The translations under genes and the position numbers were made by a program. DNA of 64,000 nucleotides from Candidatus Latescibacterota bacterium (GTDB lineage Bacteria; Latescibacterota; UBA2968; UBA8231), in the NCBI GenBank assembly GCA_964291625.2, contig OZ220090.1, positions 1,024,001 to 1,088,000 on the forward strand, given 5' to 3'. The notes beneath the pieces were generated by a model. The model had not been told where the DNA came from. It searched no databases and worked only from the letters and a program-made list of their open reading frames with translations. Below are positions 39,986 through 48,645 of the stretch, piece by piece; positions within the stretch are counted from its first letter, which is position 1, and each line of letters opens with the position of its first letter.

Positions 39986-41392
39986 TCAGTGGCGACGCCT
40001 CGCGGCTGACCACGGGGAGCGCGAAGCCTGCTCTACCTTGCGGGAAACGGTCCACGGCTTGCTGGTGAGCCGGAGGCCCAGCCCACGTTTGATCTCACGC
40101 CACTTCTTCTCTTCTTCGGGCATGATGAAGGTCACCGCCTCTCCGGAGCGCCCCATGCGGCCCGTTCGTCCGACCCGGTGGGTGAACAGATGCTCCGAGT
40201 CCGGCAGGTCGAAGTTGATCACCTGTCCGACTCCCTCGATATCCAACCCTCGGGCGGCCACGTTCGTGGCCACCAGGATCGGTGTGGCGCCCGACCGGAA
40301 GTTCACCAACGCCCGTTCCCGCGCGTTCTGGCTGAGGTTCCCCTGCAGGGCGCCTACAGCGTATCCCAGGGCGTCCAGCTGTTTCGCCAGCCGCCTGACC
40401 CCGTGCTTGGTCCTGCCGAAGACCAGGACCGGAGCGTCCGGCCGCTGGTCCAGCAGCGTCTGCAGGGCGCCGATCTTGTCGCTCTTCTCGATGGTATAGA
40501 CCAGATGCTCCACCGTCGGCAGCGCCTGCAGTTCCTCATCGACTTTCACCGTTACGGGGCTCCGAAGGTGCTTGGAGGCTGTCTTCGCCACCCACTCGGG
40601 CATGGTCGCCGAGAAGAGCGCCGTCTGACAGGCCGGGGGCGCGTAGCCGAGGATCGCCTCGACGTCCCGCGCGAACCCCTTGTCCAGCATCTCGTCCGCC
40701 TCGTCCAGAACCAGGAAACGCACCGATCCCAGGTCGAGACTGCCTTGCCGCAGGTGGTCCAGCGTCCGTCCCGGAGTGCCGACGATGATCTGGGCGCCGC
40801 CCTTCACCGCGCTGCGTTCGGGCCCCAGCCCCCGGCCGCCGTAGAGCAGGGTCACGCGCAGCCCGTGGGCCGAGGCGATCGCCTCCGTGACCCCCGCCAC
40901 CTGGATGGCCAACTCGCGCGTCGGCACGAGCACGAGGGCCTGGACTCGCCGAATCGACGAATCGCACCGCTCGACCAGGGGCACGGCAAAGGCCAGGGTC
41001 TTCCCGGACCCGGTGCGCGCCTGGCCGATCACGTCCCGTCCCGCCAGAAGCTCGGGAATGGCTTTCTCCTGGATGGGGGTGGGCTCGGAGATTTCCATCC
41101 GGGAGATCGCCGCCCGGGTCTCGGAACTCAGCGCCATGCTGCCGAAGGACGAACCCGCAACCGGGCCGCGGGCGGGGGTTTCACGGGGAGGGGGCGCCTC
41201 CTTTGCGGGCGCGACGGCTCGCGAGCCGACATCCTTGCGGGTGGCCTGGAAGCACGGCGAGCAGTAGACCGGCCTGTCGTGGGTTGGCCGGAAGGGAACC
41301 GTCGTGGAACAGCCGCAACTGGCGCAGACGGCCTTGTGCCGTTGCCTGCGGCTGGTGTTGAGTGGGCGGGTCGATGGGCGTTCGAGATGCAT
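39986..41392 (-). CDS. DEAD-box RNA helicase with an N-terminal CxxC-x17-CxxC zinc ribbon
   Basis: CASCG...VPFRP..RPVYCSPC; PTPIQ, TGSGKT, PTRELA, TPGR, DEAD, SAT, HRVGRTGR. Confidence 0.92.
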   Translation of the reverse strand: MHLERPSTRPLNTSRRQRHKAVCASCGCSTTVPFRPTHDRPVYCSPCFQATRKDVGSRAVAPAKEAPPPRETPARGPVAGSSFGSMALSSETRAAISRMEISEPTPIQEKAIPELLAGRDVIGQARTGSGKTLAFAVPLVERCDSSIRRVQALVLVPTRELAIQVAGVTEAIASAHGLRVTLLYGGRGLGPERSAVKGGAQIIVGTPGRTLDHLRQGSLDLGSVRFLVLDEADEMLDKGFARDVEAILGYAPPACQTALFSATMPEWVAKTASKHLRSPVTVKVDEELQALPTVEHLVYTIEKSDKIGALQTLLDQRPDAPVLVFGRTKHGVRRLAKQLDALGYAVGALQGNLSQNARERALVNFRSGATPILVATNVAARGLDIEGVGQVINFDLPDSEHLFTHRVGRTGRMGRSGEAVTFIMPEEEKKWREIKRGLGLRLTSKPWTVSRKVEQASRSPWSAARRRH

Positions 41393-41674
41393 GCGGAAGC
41401 AGACTCCTTGGTCTGTGCGAGTGACGCGGGGGTGAAGAGAGAAGAGAGATCGTGGACCGTGGGTGGATGGAACCGGAAGCGCGCCAGGTCAGGCGCACCC
41501 GCCCACCACACCCGGACCGTACGGCAAGATGCCGTTCGTCCTGATCCTGCCTGCTCTGAAAGGGTGTCTCAAGAAAGGAAGCGCTGAAGCAGGCCAGTTG
41601 GTCATCCCGGCGAGTCAAGAGCCTGCCGGTGGCCTGTTTCAAGTGGGTTCACAGAGTATACGGGAGATTGAGCC

Positions 41675-42787
41675 TTGGTCAACCCCCGAGATGAACGGCC
41701 GCCGACCCGAGTCGCCGTGGCCGGCTGCGGGAGCATCGCCGTGAGCGGCCACCTGCCGGCCTGCCGGGCCGCGGCCGAATCCGGACTCTGCGAGCTGGTG
41801 GGGGTCTGCGACATCGTCCCCGAACGGGCGCGGTCAGCGTCACGCGAGTACGGCGCCCCCTCCTTCGATACGGTGGCGCAGATGCTGGCGGAGACGCAGC
41901 CGGAAGTCCTGAGCATCACCACATTTCCGGACTCTCATCGAGAACTGGCACTCCAGGCCTTCGCCGCCGGATGTCATGTCCTGTGTGAGAAACCGGTGGC
42001 CATGAACGCCGCGGAAGCGGCGCAGATGGTGACGGCCGCACGAGGAGCCGGCCGCCTCCTGGGCGTCTGCTTCCAGTACCGGCACTGGGACGAATCGCGA
42101 TGGCTCAAGGAACGCATCGCCGCCGGCGCCCTGGGCCACGTCCACTCGGTCCGCACCTGGGGCGGCGGCGTCCACGGCTTCGCCACCAACCCCGACTATC
42201 ACCGGGTGGCCCGCGCCGGGGGCGGCGTCCTCGCCCACTGGACGATCCACAACATGGACCTGGCCCTCTGGCTGCTGGACCATCCCGAGCCCGTCACCGC
42301 CAGCGCCTTCTGCCACCAGCGGCTGTCCACCTCCCCCGAGGCCCTCGGGCCTTCCCTCGATGTCGTCGATCCCGCGGCGGTGGAGCCGGGGATCGAGGAC
42401 TTCGCCATGGCCCTCGTGCGGCTGGAGGGCGGCACCGTGATCACCGTCGAGGCGGACTGGCTGCAGCCGCCCTCGGAGCGCCACGAAGGGTGGGAGATCC
42501 TCGGCGAGCGCGGCGCCGCCTCCCTCTCGCCGCTCCGCTTCCGCGTCGTGAAGGACGGCTCCTGGATCGACGCCGGGCCTCCCCCGGGAGCGCTGGCCCC
42601 CGGCGGCTACGGCATGGAACGGCTCTACACCGCCTTCCTCGAGGCCGTCCGCAGCGGCGGCCCCGCGCCCGTGTCGGGGGCCGAGATCCTGCGCATCCAG
42701 CGCCTGATGGACGCCCTCTACGAGTCCGCCGCCCGGGGGCGCGAGGTGAGCCTGGCGGAGGCTTCCCCATGCGAGGAGGAGAGATGA
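41675..42787 (+). CDS. Gfo/Idh/MocA oxidoreductase
   Basis: VAGCGSIA, HVLCEKP, AGGGVL. Confidence 0.9.
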   Translation: MVNPRDERPPTRVAVAGCGSIAVSGHLPACRAAAESGLCELVGVCDIVPERARSASREYGAPSFDTVAQMLAETQPEVLSITTFPDSHRELALQAFAAGCHVLCEKPVAMNAAEAAQMVTAARGAGRLLGVCFQYRHWDESRWLKERIAAGALGHVHSVRTWGGGVHGFATNPDYHRVARAGGGVLAHWTIHNMDLALWLLDHPEPVTASAFCHQRLSTSPEALGPSLDVVDPAAVEPGIEDFAMALVRLEGGTVITVEADWLQPPSERHEGWEILGERGAASLSPLRFRVVKDGSWIDAGPPPGALAPGGYGMERLYTAFLEAVRSGGPAPVSGAEILRIQRLMDALYESAARGREVSLAEASPCEEER

Positions 42788-43395
42788 GTCTGATCTACAT
42801 CGAGTACTTCAGCCGCCGCCCCGGGGTCGACCTGGACACCTTCCGGGCGGGGGTCGCCGAGGGCCAACAGGGCTGGGACAGCGGTTACGACGCCGACCGT
42901 CTCGTGCTCAACGTGGGGCGGACCTGGCGGCTCGGTCCCGAGCCCGAGTACTTCACCGCCTGGCACTGCCCCCGCGCCGGCTTCGACCGCCTCGACGACT
43001 GGGACCGCATCTTCCGCGGCGGCGAGGCCGATCACCTGGAGGGGGCCTTCTTCCGGGTGGCCCGCATCGACGTGGCCGGCTGCTACACGCCCCTCATCGA
43101 GCCCGTCCCCACCCGGGGCGGCACATACTACGTCGAGCTCTTCCGCCCCCGGGCCGACGGGGATTCGATCTCCGCCTTCTACGGGGAACGCGCCGCCCGG
43201 CACCCCCGCCTGCGGCTGAACCTGCTCCTGCACCGCATCGGCCGGCTCGCTCCGGAGCCGGGCGGACTCGCCGTCTGGGTGCTGCCGGAGTTCGCCGCCC
43301 TGGAGGAGATCGCCCGGGAGCTGGACGGGGCCGATCAGCCGGTGGAGCTGGTCACGGCCGGGACCTACGCCGACTTCGGGCGCGAGATCCTGTAG
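42784..43395 (+). CDS. Hypothetical protein (NIPSNAP-like dimeric alpha/beta)
   Basis: Coupled ATG; two similar halves (IYIEYF.../TYYVELF...). Confidence 0.6.
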   Translation: MSLIYIEYFSRRPGVDLDTFRAGVAEGQQGWDSGYDADRLVLNVGRTWRLGPEPEYFTAWHCPRAGFDRLDDWDRIFRGGEADHLEGAFFRVARIDVAGCYTPLIEPVPTRGGTYYVELFRPRADGDSISAFYGERAARHPRLRLNLLLHRIGRLAPEPGGLAVWVLPEFAALEEIARELDGADQPVELVTAGTYADFGREIL

Positions 43396-43425
43396 CACGG
43401 GAGGATTGCGCGCTGGCGCGTGCAG

Positions 43426-43465
43426 ATCATTCACAGCGTGAATGATATCTATTCACGCCATGAAT
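43426..43465. promoter_or_regulatory. Tandem palindromic operator-like sites ATTCAC-N3-RTGAAT
   Basis: 43429-43443 ATTCACAGCGTGAAT and 43451-43465 ATTCACGCCATGAAT, 22 bp apart, in an AT-rich patch. Confidence 0.45.
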
Positions 43466-43591
43466 TGATCGCACCCGCCGATGCGGGGCCCCCCAAGGGC
43501 CGGTCCCCTCAGGGAGCCGGGCCGCGCTTGGGGCCGGGGCGCATCGATCACACTGGAAGAGACGGGTTGCGCCGCTCCGAAGGCGGCTCCG

Positions 43592-44263
43592 TCAGGGAAC
43601 CCGATCCTTCGGAAACCAGGTGACCCTCGGCGGCCCGGTCGAGGTGCTGCGCCGTGCGTCCATCATCTCCCGGAGGGTCTCCCGGGCGCCGCCGACGATG
43701 GGGTCGCCGTGCCCGGGCAGGAGGCTCTCGAAGTCGAGGTCGAGCAGGTGGGCCAGGCTCTCCCAGGGCCGGGGATGGCCGTTGGGGTGGCCGCCGAGGG
43801 GGATGCCTCCCGGCGCCCACTTGGCGGTGGTGCCCAGGGCGTCGCCCACGAACAGGAGACCCCCGTGCCGCGGGGAGAGCAGGGCCTGCTCGCCGCGGGT
43901 GAGGCCGGGGACGCCGACGGCCCGCAGGCCGCAGGGCAGCTCGTCGCCGTCGCCGTAGGGCTCCCAGCGGTCCAGGTCCTCGACCATGCAGGCGTCCTCG
44001 GCGGGCAGGTAGATCGGGGCCCCGGTGCGGGCGGCGAAGAGCCGGGCCGAGCGCTCGTGCCAGCCCACGGTGAGCACGATGGCCCGCACGTCCCCGGCCT
44101 CGGCAATCGGTTGGAGGGCGCTCCACTCGACCGGATCGATGAGGACGCTGCCGGCCTCCGTGCGCAGCCACCAGGACTCGAGGGACCAGACCTCCGGCCA
44201 GACGACCCGCCACTGGAACAGGCCGGGCAGGACCTCCTCCATCGCCTCCCCCCCGGTCAGCAT
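43592..44263 (-). CDS. Metallo-beta-lactamase-fold protein
   Basis: VLIDP, LTVGWHER, LFVGDAL, LLPGHGDP. Confidence 0.75.
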   Translation of the reverse strand: MLTGGEAMEEVLPGLFQWRVVWPEVWSLESWWLRTEAGSVLIDPVEWSALQPIAEAGDVRAIVLTVGWHERSARLFAARTGAPIYLPAEDACMVEDLDRWEPYGDGDELPCGLRAVGVPGLTRGEQALLSPRHGGLLFVGDALGTTAKWAPGGIPLGGHPNGHPRPWESLAHLLDLDFESLLPGHGDPIVGGARETLREMMDARRSTSTGPPRVTWFPKDRVP

Positions 44264-44269
44264 GAGCCC

Positions 44270-45493
44270 TCAGGCCGGTCGGCGCTCGGCCGCCAGCTCC
44301 CCCAGGGCCCCCAGGAGCAGGTCGATCTCGTCCTCGAGGTGGAAGAAGCAGACGCTGGCCCGCAGGCCCTCCACGGTGTGGGGGAGAGGCTTGATGACGA
44401 GGTTCCAGCGCTCCTGCAGGGCCGCCGTGAGGGCCTCCCCCGTCCAGCCGCGCAGGCCGAAGCTGACCAGGGCCGCCGAGTCCTCCGCCCTCCGGGGCGT
44501 GTACAGCTCGGCGCCGTCGATGCGGGCCAGTCCCGCCTTGAGCCGGCCCGTCAGCTCGCGGATGCGCGACCAGACCGCCCCGGGTCCGATCTCCTGGAGC
44601 CAGTCGGCGGCCGCCGCCCAGGCGTGGACCAGCGGCCACGACCAGGGGCCGTACTGGAAGCGCTGGGCCGTGTCGGGCAGCTCGAAGGTGTCGCTCTCGA
44701 AGTCGAGCCACTTCTCGGCGCGGCAGCCGGCGTAGGTGACCTCGATGTCGTGGAGCTTCTCGCGGCGGACCCACAGGGCGCCGGCGGCGTAGGGCGAGAA
44801 CATCCACTTGTAGGAGAGCAGGCCGGCGAAGTCGCAGCCCAGGTCGCGGAGCCGGTAGGGCACGGCGCCGCACGAGTGGGCCAGGTCGAGGAAGGAGGGG
44901 ATGCCGCGCTCCCGGGCCAGGGCGCACAGGGGCTCGACGGGAAAGCGGAAGCCGAAGTCGGTGGTCACGTGGCTCAGGGCCAGGAGCCGGGTCCTCGGGG
45001 TCAGGGCGGCGTCAGCGGCGGCCATCAGCTCCTCCCGGTCCTCGGCCAGGGGCAGCTTCACCACCTCGACGCCGAGGCGTTCCCGCAGGTGCAGGCTGGG
45101 CAGCAGCAGGGCCGCCTCCTCGTTGTCGGAGATGACGATGCGGTCGCCCGCCTCCCACGAGAGGCCGCGGAGCACCGTGTGGAAGGCCTCGCTCACGCCG
45201 CGCATGACGGCCAGCTCGTCGGCGTCGGCGTCGAAGTACCGGGCCAGGCGCTCCATGGAGCGGCGGCGGCGGGGGTACTCCTCTTCCGGGTAGATGATGT
45301 GCATGGGGCCGCGGGCCAGCAGCTCCTCCATGAGCTGCATGTGCTCGCGGGCGACGGGCTCCGGCGTGATGGAGACGCCGCCGTTCTGGAACCAGACGTA
45401 GTTGCGCAGGGCCGGGAACTGGGCCCGCACCGCGGCCACGTCGATCGCGGCCGTGGCGGGCGCGGAGGCGGCCGGCGCGGCGGATGTGCTCAA
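44270..45493 (-). CDS. Class V aminotransferase (cysteine desulfurase/isopenicillin N epimerase-like)
   Basis: VRAQFPAL, LSHV, LDLAHSCG, SYKWMFSP, LRAS. Confidence 0.85.
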   Translation of the reverse strand: MSTSAAPAASAPATAAIDVAAVRAQFPALRNYVWFQNGGVSITPEPVAREHMQLMEELLARGPMHIIYPEEEYPRRRRSMERLARYFDADADELAVMRGVSEAFHTVLRGLSWEAGDRIVISDNEEAALLLPSLHLRERLGVEVVKLPLAEDREELMAAADAALTPRTRLLALSHVTTDFGFRFPVEPLCALARERGIPSFLDLAHSCGAVPYRLRDLGCDFAGLLSYKWMFSPYAAGALWVRREKLHDIEVTYAGCRAEKWLDFESDTFELPDTAQRFQYGPWSWPLVHAWAAAADWLQEIGPGAVWSRIRELTGRLKAGLARIDGAELYTPRRAEDSAALVSFGLRGWTGEALTAALQERWNLVIKPLPHTVEGLRASVCFFHLEDEIDLLLGALGELAAERRPA

Positions 45494-46248
45494 GAGTCCA
45501 GGCCCCAGAGCCGTCGGCGCTCCTCGGGCCAGTCCTCCCATCCCGGGTGCAGCTGCATCACCGCCTTCACGTCGCGCTTGCGGCCCCCCGGCGGGAAGTA
45601 GTTCCAGCCCATGGCCCGCCGCGGACCGGCGCCGGTCTTGAGGCCGGTGGCGTGCCAGCAGGAGGGCGTCCAGATCAGGGTCCAGCGGGGGTCGAGGACG
45701 ACCTCCACCTCCTGCGGGTGGCGGGCGTAGCAGTGCTCGGGGGGCTCCTCGTGGTTGCCGGTGGCCAGCTCGAGCTGCATCAGCTCGGCCGCCACCTCCT
45801 CGCGGGAGCGGTGCTGGCTGCCGGGCAGCACCCGCAGGGGCGCGTTGCTGGCGTCGTGGCGGTCGAGGGCGGTGCGGAAAGAGACCTGGCGCACGTCGGG
45901 GCCGCCGTCGACGTGCCAGTAGACCTGGCGGATCGGCCGCCCCTCGGAGGCGTCGCCGATGCCGCAGGCGCCCACGTGCACGTCCTCGGCGCCGAGGATG
46001 CGCCGCGCCGCCTCCACCAGGATCGGGCTCTCCACCATCTTCAGCAGGGGCTCGCCGATCATCAGGAACTGGCAGGCCAGGCGGTTGCATCCCGGGAACT
46101 CGGTCTGCGCCCACACCGGCTCCACCTCCTGCTGGCGGGCGTCGACCTCGCGCATGCCCTCGGCGCCGATCGGATTGGGGACGAAGAAGAAGCCGTGGCG
46201 CTCGAAGTGGGCCAGCTGCGCGTCGGTGATGCCGATCTCTGCGCCCAT
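45490..46248 (-). CDS. Phytanoyl-CoA dioxygenase (PhyH) family 2OG-Fe(II) oxygenase
   Basis: FERHGFF, WHVD, VLPGSQH, WHATG. Confidence 0.85.
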   Translation of the reverse strand: MGAEIGITDAQLAHFERHGFFFVPNPIGAEGMREVDARQQEVEPVWAQTEFPGCNRLACQFLMIGEPLLKMVESPILVEAARRILGAEDVHVGACGIGDASEGRPIRQVYWHVDGGPDVRQVSFRTALDRHDASNAPLRVLPGSQHRSREEVAAELMQLELATGNHEEPPEHCYARHPQEVEVVLDPRWTLIWTPSCWHATGLKTGAGPRRAMGWNYFPPGGRKRDVKAVMQLHPGWEDWPEERRRLWGLDS

Positions 46249-46251
46249 CCT

Positions 46252-47328
46252 TCAGGCCCTCCCCACGGCCAGCTCGTCGAGCTTGGCCTCGTCCAGCTCG
46301 ACGCCGAGGCCCGGCCCCTCGAAGGGGGTCAGGTAGCTGCCCTCGGCCTTCACCCGCTCCTTCGCCGGCGAGGCCATGTAGAGGACGGGGCCCATGGGGT
46401 CGCAGGGCAGCTGCACCTGGGGCGAGCTGACGCCCACGGAGACCTGGGCGCTGACGCCGAGGGTCGACTCCTGGTCGGTGCCGATGAGGCACTTCAGGCC
46501 CATCGCCTCGGCCACGGACATGATGCGCTTGATGTGGGTCGGCCCGCCGGAGACGCAGGCGAGGTTGAAGGCGGTGCAGGCGCCGCTGTCGGCCGCCTCC
46601 CAGGCCTGGCGCAGGGAGCCGATGTGCCAGGTCACGGGCAGGTCGACGCGTTTGGTGAACTCGGCGCTGGCCCGCATGTCCCAGCTCGGCTGCTCGAAGT
46701 GGAAGGGGTCGTGGCGGCGCAGGCGGTCGCCGTAGCGCAGGACCTCCTGCCAGTCGGTGAACCGGCCCGAGAAGTCGAGGGACTTGAGGCGGATGGCGTC
46801 GCCGTGCCTCGACTTCATCTCGGTGAGGAAGCGGTCGTCGAGCTCGGAGTCGCCGGAGACGTAGAACCGGAAGAGGTGGTGGCCGAGGTCGACGAGGCGC
46901 TGCAGGTAGGAGCCGGCCTGCTCGAAGTCCTCCTGCACCTGGCGGCCCCAGATCGGGTAGCAGCAGTAGAGGCGGTCGCGCACCTTGCCGCCGAGCATCT
47001 GGTACGCGGGCACGCCCTGCACCTTGCCGTTGAGGTCGTAGAGGGCCAGGTCGACGGCGGAGGCCACGTGGGCGTTGGAGACGGTGGAGCCCCACGGGCG
47101 GCCGCGCATGAAGTCGTTGATCTCGTTGATGCGGCGCGCGTCCAGGCCCTTGAGCTGCTCGTTGAGCTGCCCCGCCAGGGCCGGCAGGTCGGCGCACTTG
47201 CTGTCCGAGGCCTCCCCGAGTCCGACGGGACCGTCGTCGACGTGGAGCTTGAGGATCACGTGCCCCGAGATCATCCCGTGGTAACGGGGCGTCTCGATCT
47301 GGATGAGCTCGATCTTCTGAATCTTCAC
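46252..47328 (-). CDS. Mandelate racemase/muconate lactonizing enzyme family
   Basis: GLGEA, AVDLALYDLNGK...LGGKVRD, FEQP, GPGLGVELD. Confidence 0.9.
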   Translation of the reverse strand: MKIQKIELIQIETPRYHGMISGHVILKLHVDDGPVGLGEASDSKCADLPALAGQLNEQLKGLDARRINEINDFMRGRPWGSTVSNAHVASAVDLALYDLNGKVQGVPAYQMLGGKVRDRLYCCYPIWGRQVQEDFEQAGSYLQRLVDLGHHLFRFYVSGDSELDDRFLTEMKSRHGDAIRLKSLDFSGRFTDWQEVLRYGDRLRRHDPFHFEQPSWDMRASAEFTKRVDLPVTWHIGSLRQAWEAADSGACTAFNLACVSGGPTHIKRIMSVAEAMGLKCLIGTDQESTLGVSAQVSVGVSSPQVQLPCDPMGPVLYMASPAKERVKAEGSYLTPFEGPGLGVELDEAKLDELAVGRA

Positions 47329-47336
47329 GGTCTCTC

Positions 47337-48530
47337 CTATCCCTTCTCGATGTTGGGCGGAGGCGCGGCGGCCTCCCACCCGGGGCCGGCCAGGGCCGTG
47401 GCCAGGGTGCGGGCCACGCTCACGGCGTGGGCGCAGGTCGCCTCCTCGGTGACGCAGTAGACCTGGTAGCAGTACGCGAGGGTGCCGAAGCGCTCGGCCA
47501 GGTTGGTGAAGCCGCCGGCGCCGCTCAAGGGCGTGGCGCGCTCGATGGCGGTGACCCGCCAGTCGGCGTTCAGCGACAGCAGCGCCGCGTCCACCCGCTC
47601 CGCCAGCTCCCGGCGGCCGGGGTCGGCGAACCACTCCGCCGCCATGGGGTTCAGCTTGTGGGCGCGCACGTCCTGGTAGTGGGTGTGCAGCTCCAGGTAG
47701 GACAGCGGCCCCAGGGCCTCGGCGTACTCCCACAGGGCGCGGGTCTCGGCCGGAGCGGCCTGGCCCGCCAGCAGGCGGCCGAAGCTGAACATGGGCACCT
47801 CGCCGTCGCCGTTGGTGCACGACCGCCCGCCGGCGGTGCCGTCGGGGTTGGGCAGGGGCACGAAGGCGAAGCGGAAGCGCTCGAGGAGCCGCCGCGTCAG
47901 GGCGCTGCCGTCGGTGAGCCAGTGGGCGATGGCGAGCACCGGACGCGCCGCCGGCTCGGCGGGCTGCATCGTCGCCCCGATGAGGATGGTGTCGGCCGCG
48001 GCGGCCGTCGACTCCAGCGCCAGGATCGGACGGCCCTGGCAGGTGCGGCCGATCTCGCGGACCTCGAAGGGACCGGAGGCGGCCAGCGTCCCCATGTCGT
48101 CGCAGATCTCGCGGACACTGGCGTAGGGCTTGTTGGCAACCCTCACCTCCTCGCCCGGCGCCAGGCGGATCTTCAGGTCCACGTGGGAACCTTCGGCGTG
48201 CTCGGTGTCGCGGGCCGGGACCGGCCGCCAGCGGCCGCGCCGGAAGAGCCAGTACGGCGGCGCCATGTAGGCGGCGCCGCTGGTCTCGGTGAACCGGAAC
48301 CGCAGCCGCACGGTGCGGTGCTGGTCCACGTGGGAGACCAGGCGCACGTGGCAGGCGTACTCGCGGGGCACCCCGGCGCCGCCGAAGTGCTCCTCCAGGG
48401 CTTCGCGGAACCAGTCCGGCACGGGCTCGGGCAGGGGCAGGGCCTCGAAGGCGTCCTGGCCCGCGACCCGGATCTCGCCGGCGCTGCCGCCCTCGAAGCC
48501 GGCGTCGACGCGGATGGAGGTGTCGCTCAT
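47337..48530 (-). CDS. M14 zinc carboxypeptidase-like protein
   Basis: IGRTCQGRPI, MQPAE, VPLPNPDG, LELH. Confidence 0.75.
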   Translation of the reverse strand: MSDTSIRVDAGFEGGSAGEIRVAGQDAFEALPLPEPVPDWFREALEEHFGGAGVPREYACHVRLVSHVDQHRTVRLRFRFTETSGAAYMAPPYWLFRRGRWRPVPARDTEHAEGSHVDLKIRLAPGEEVRVANKPYASVREICDDMGTLAASGPFEVREIGRTCQGRPILALESTAAAADTILIGATMQPAEPAARPVLAIAHWLTDGSALTRRLLERFRFAFVPLPNPDGTAGGRSCTNGDGEVPMFSFGRLLAGQAAPAETRALWEYAEALGPLSYLELHTHYQDVRAHKLNPMAAEWFADPGRRELAERVDAALLSLNADWRVTAIERATPLSGAGGFTNLAERFGTLAYCYQVYCVTEEATCAHAVSVARTLATALAGPGWEAAAPPPNIEKG

Positions 48531-48645
48531 GGAGCCGAAAGATTGGTGAATCACCCGGCCGGCTCAAGGCGGGGCGCCGCTGGACGGCGCCGCCCGGGCG
48601 CGGCTGATTCCTCCTCCCCTTCACCGCTGGCCGATGGAGATCCCC

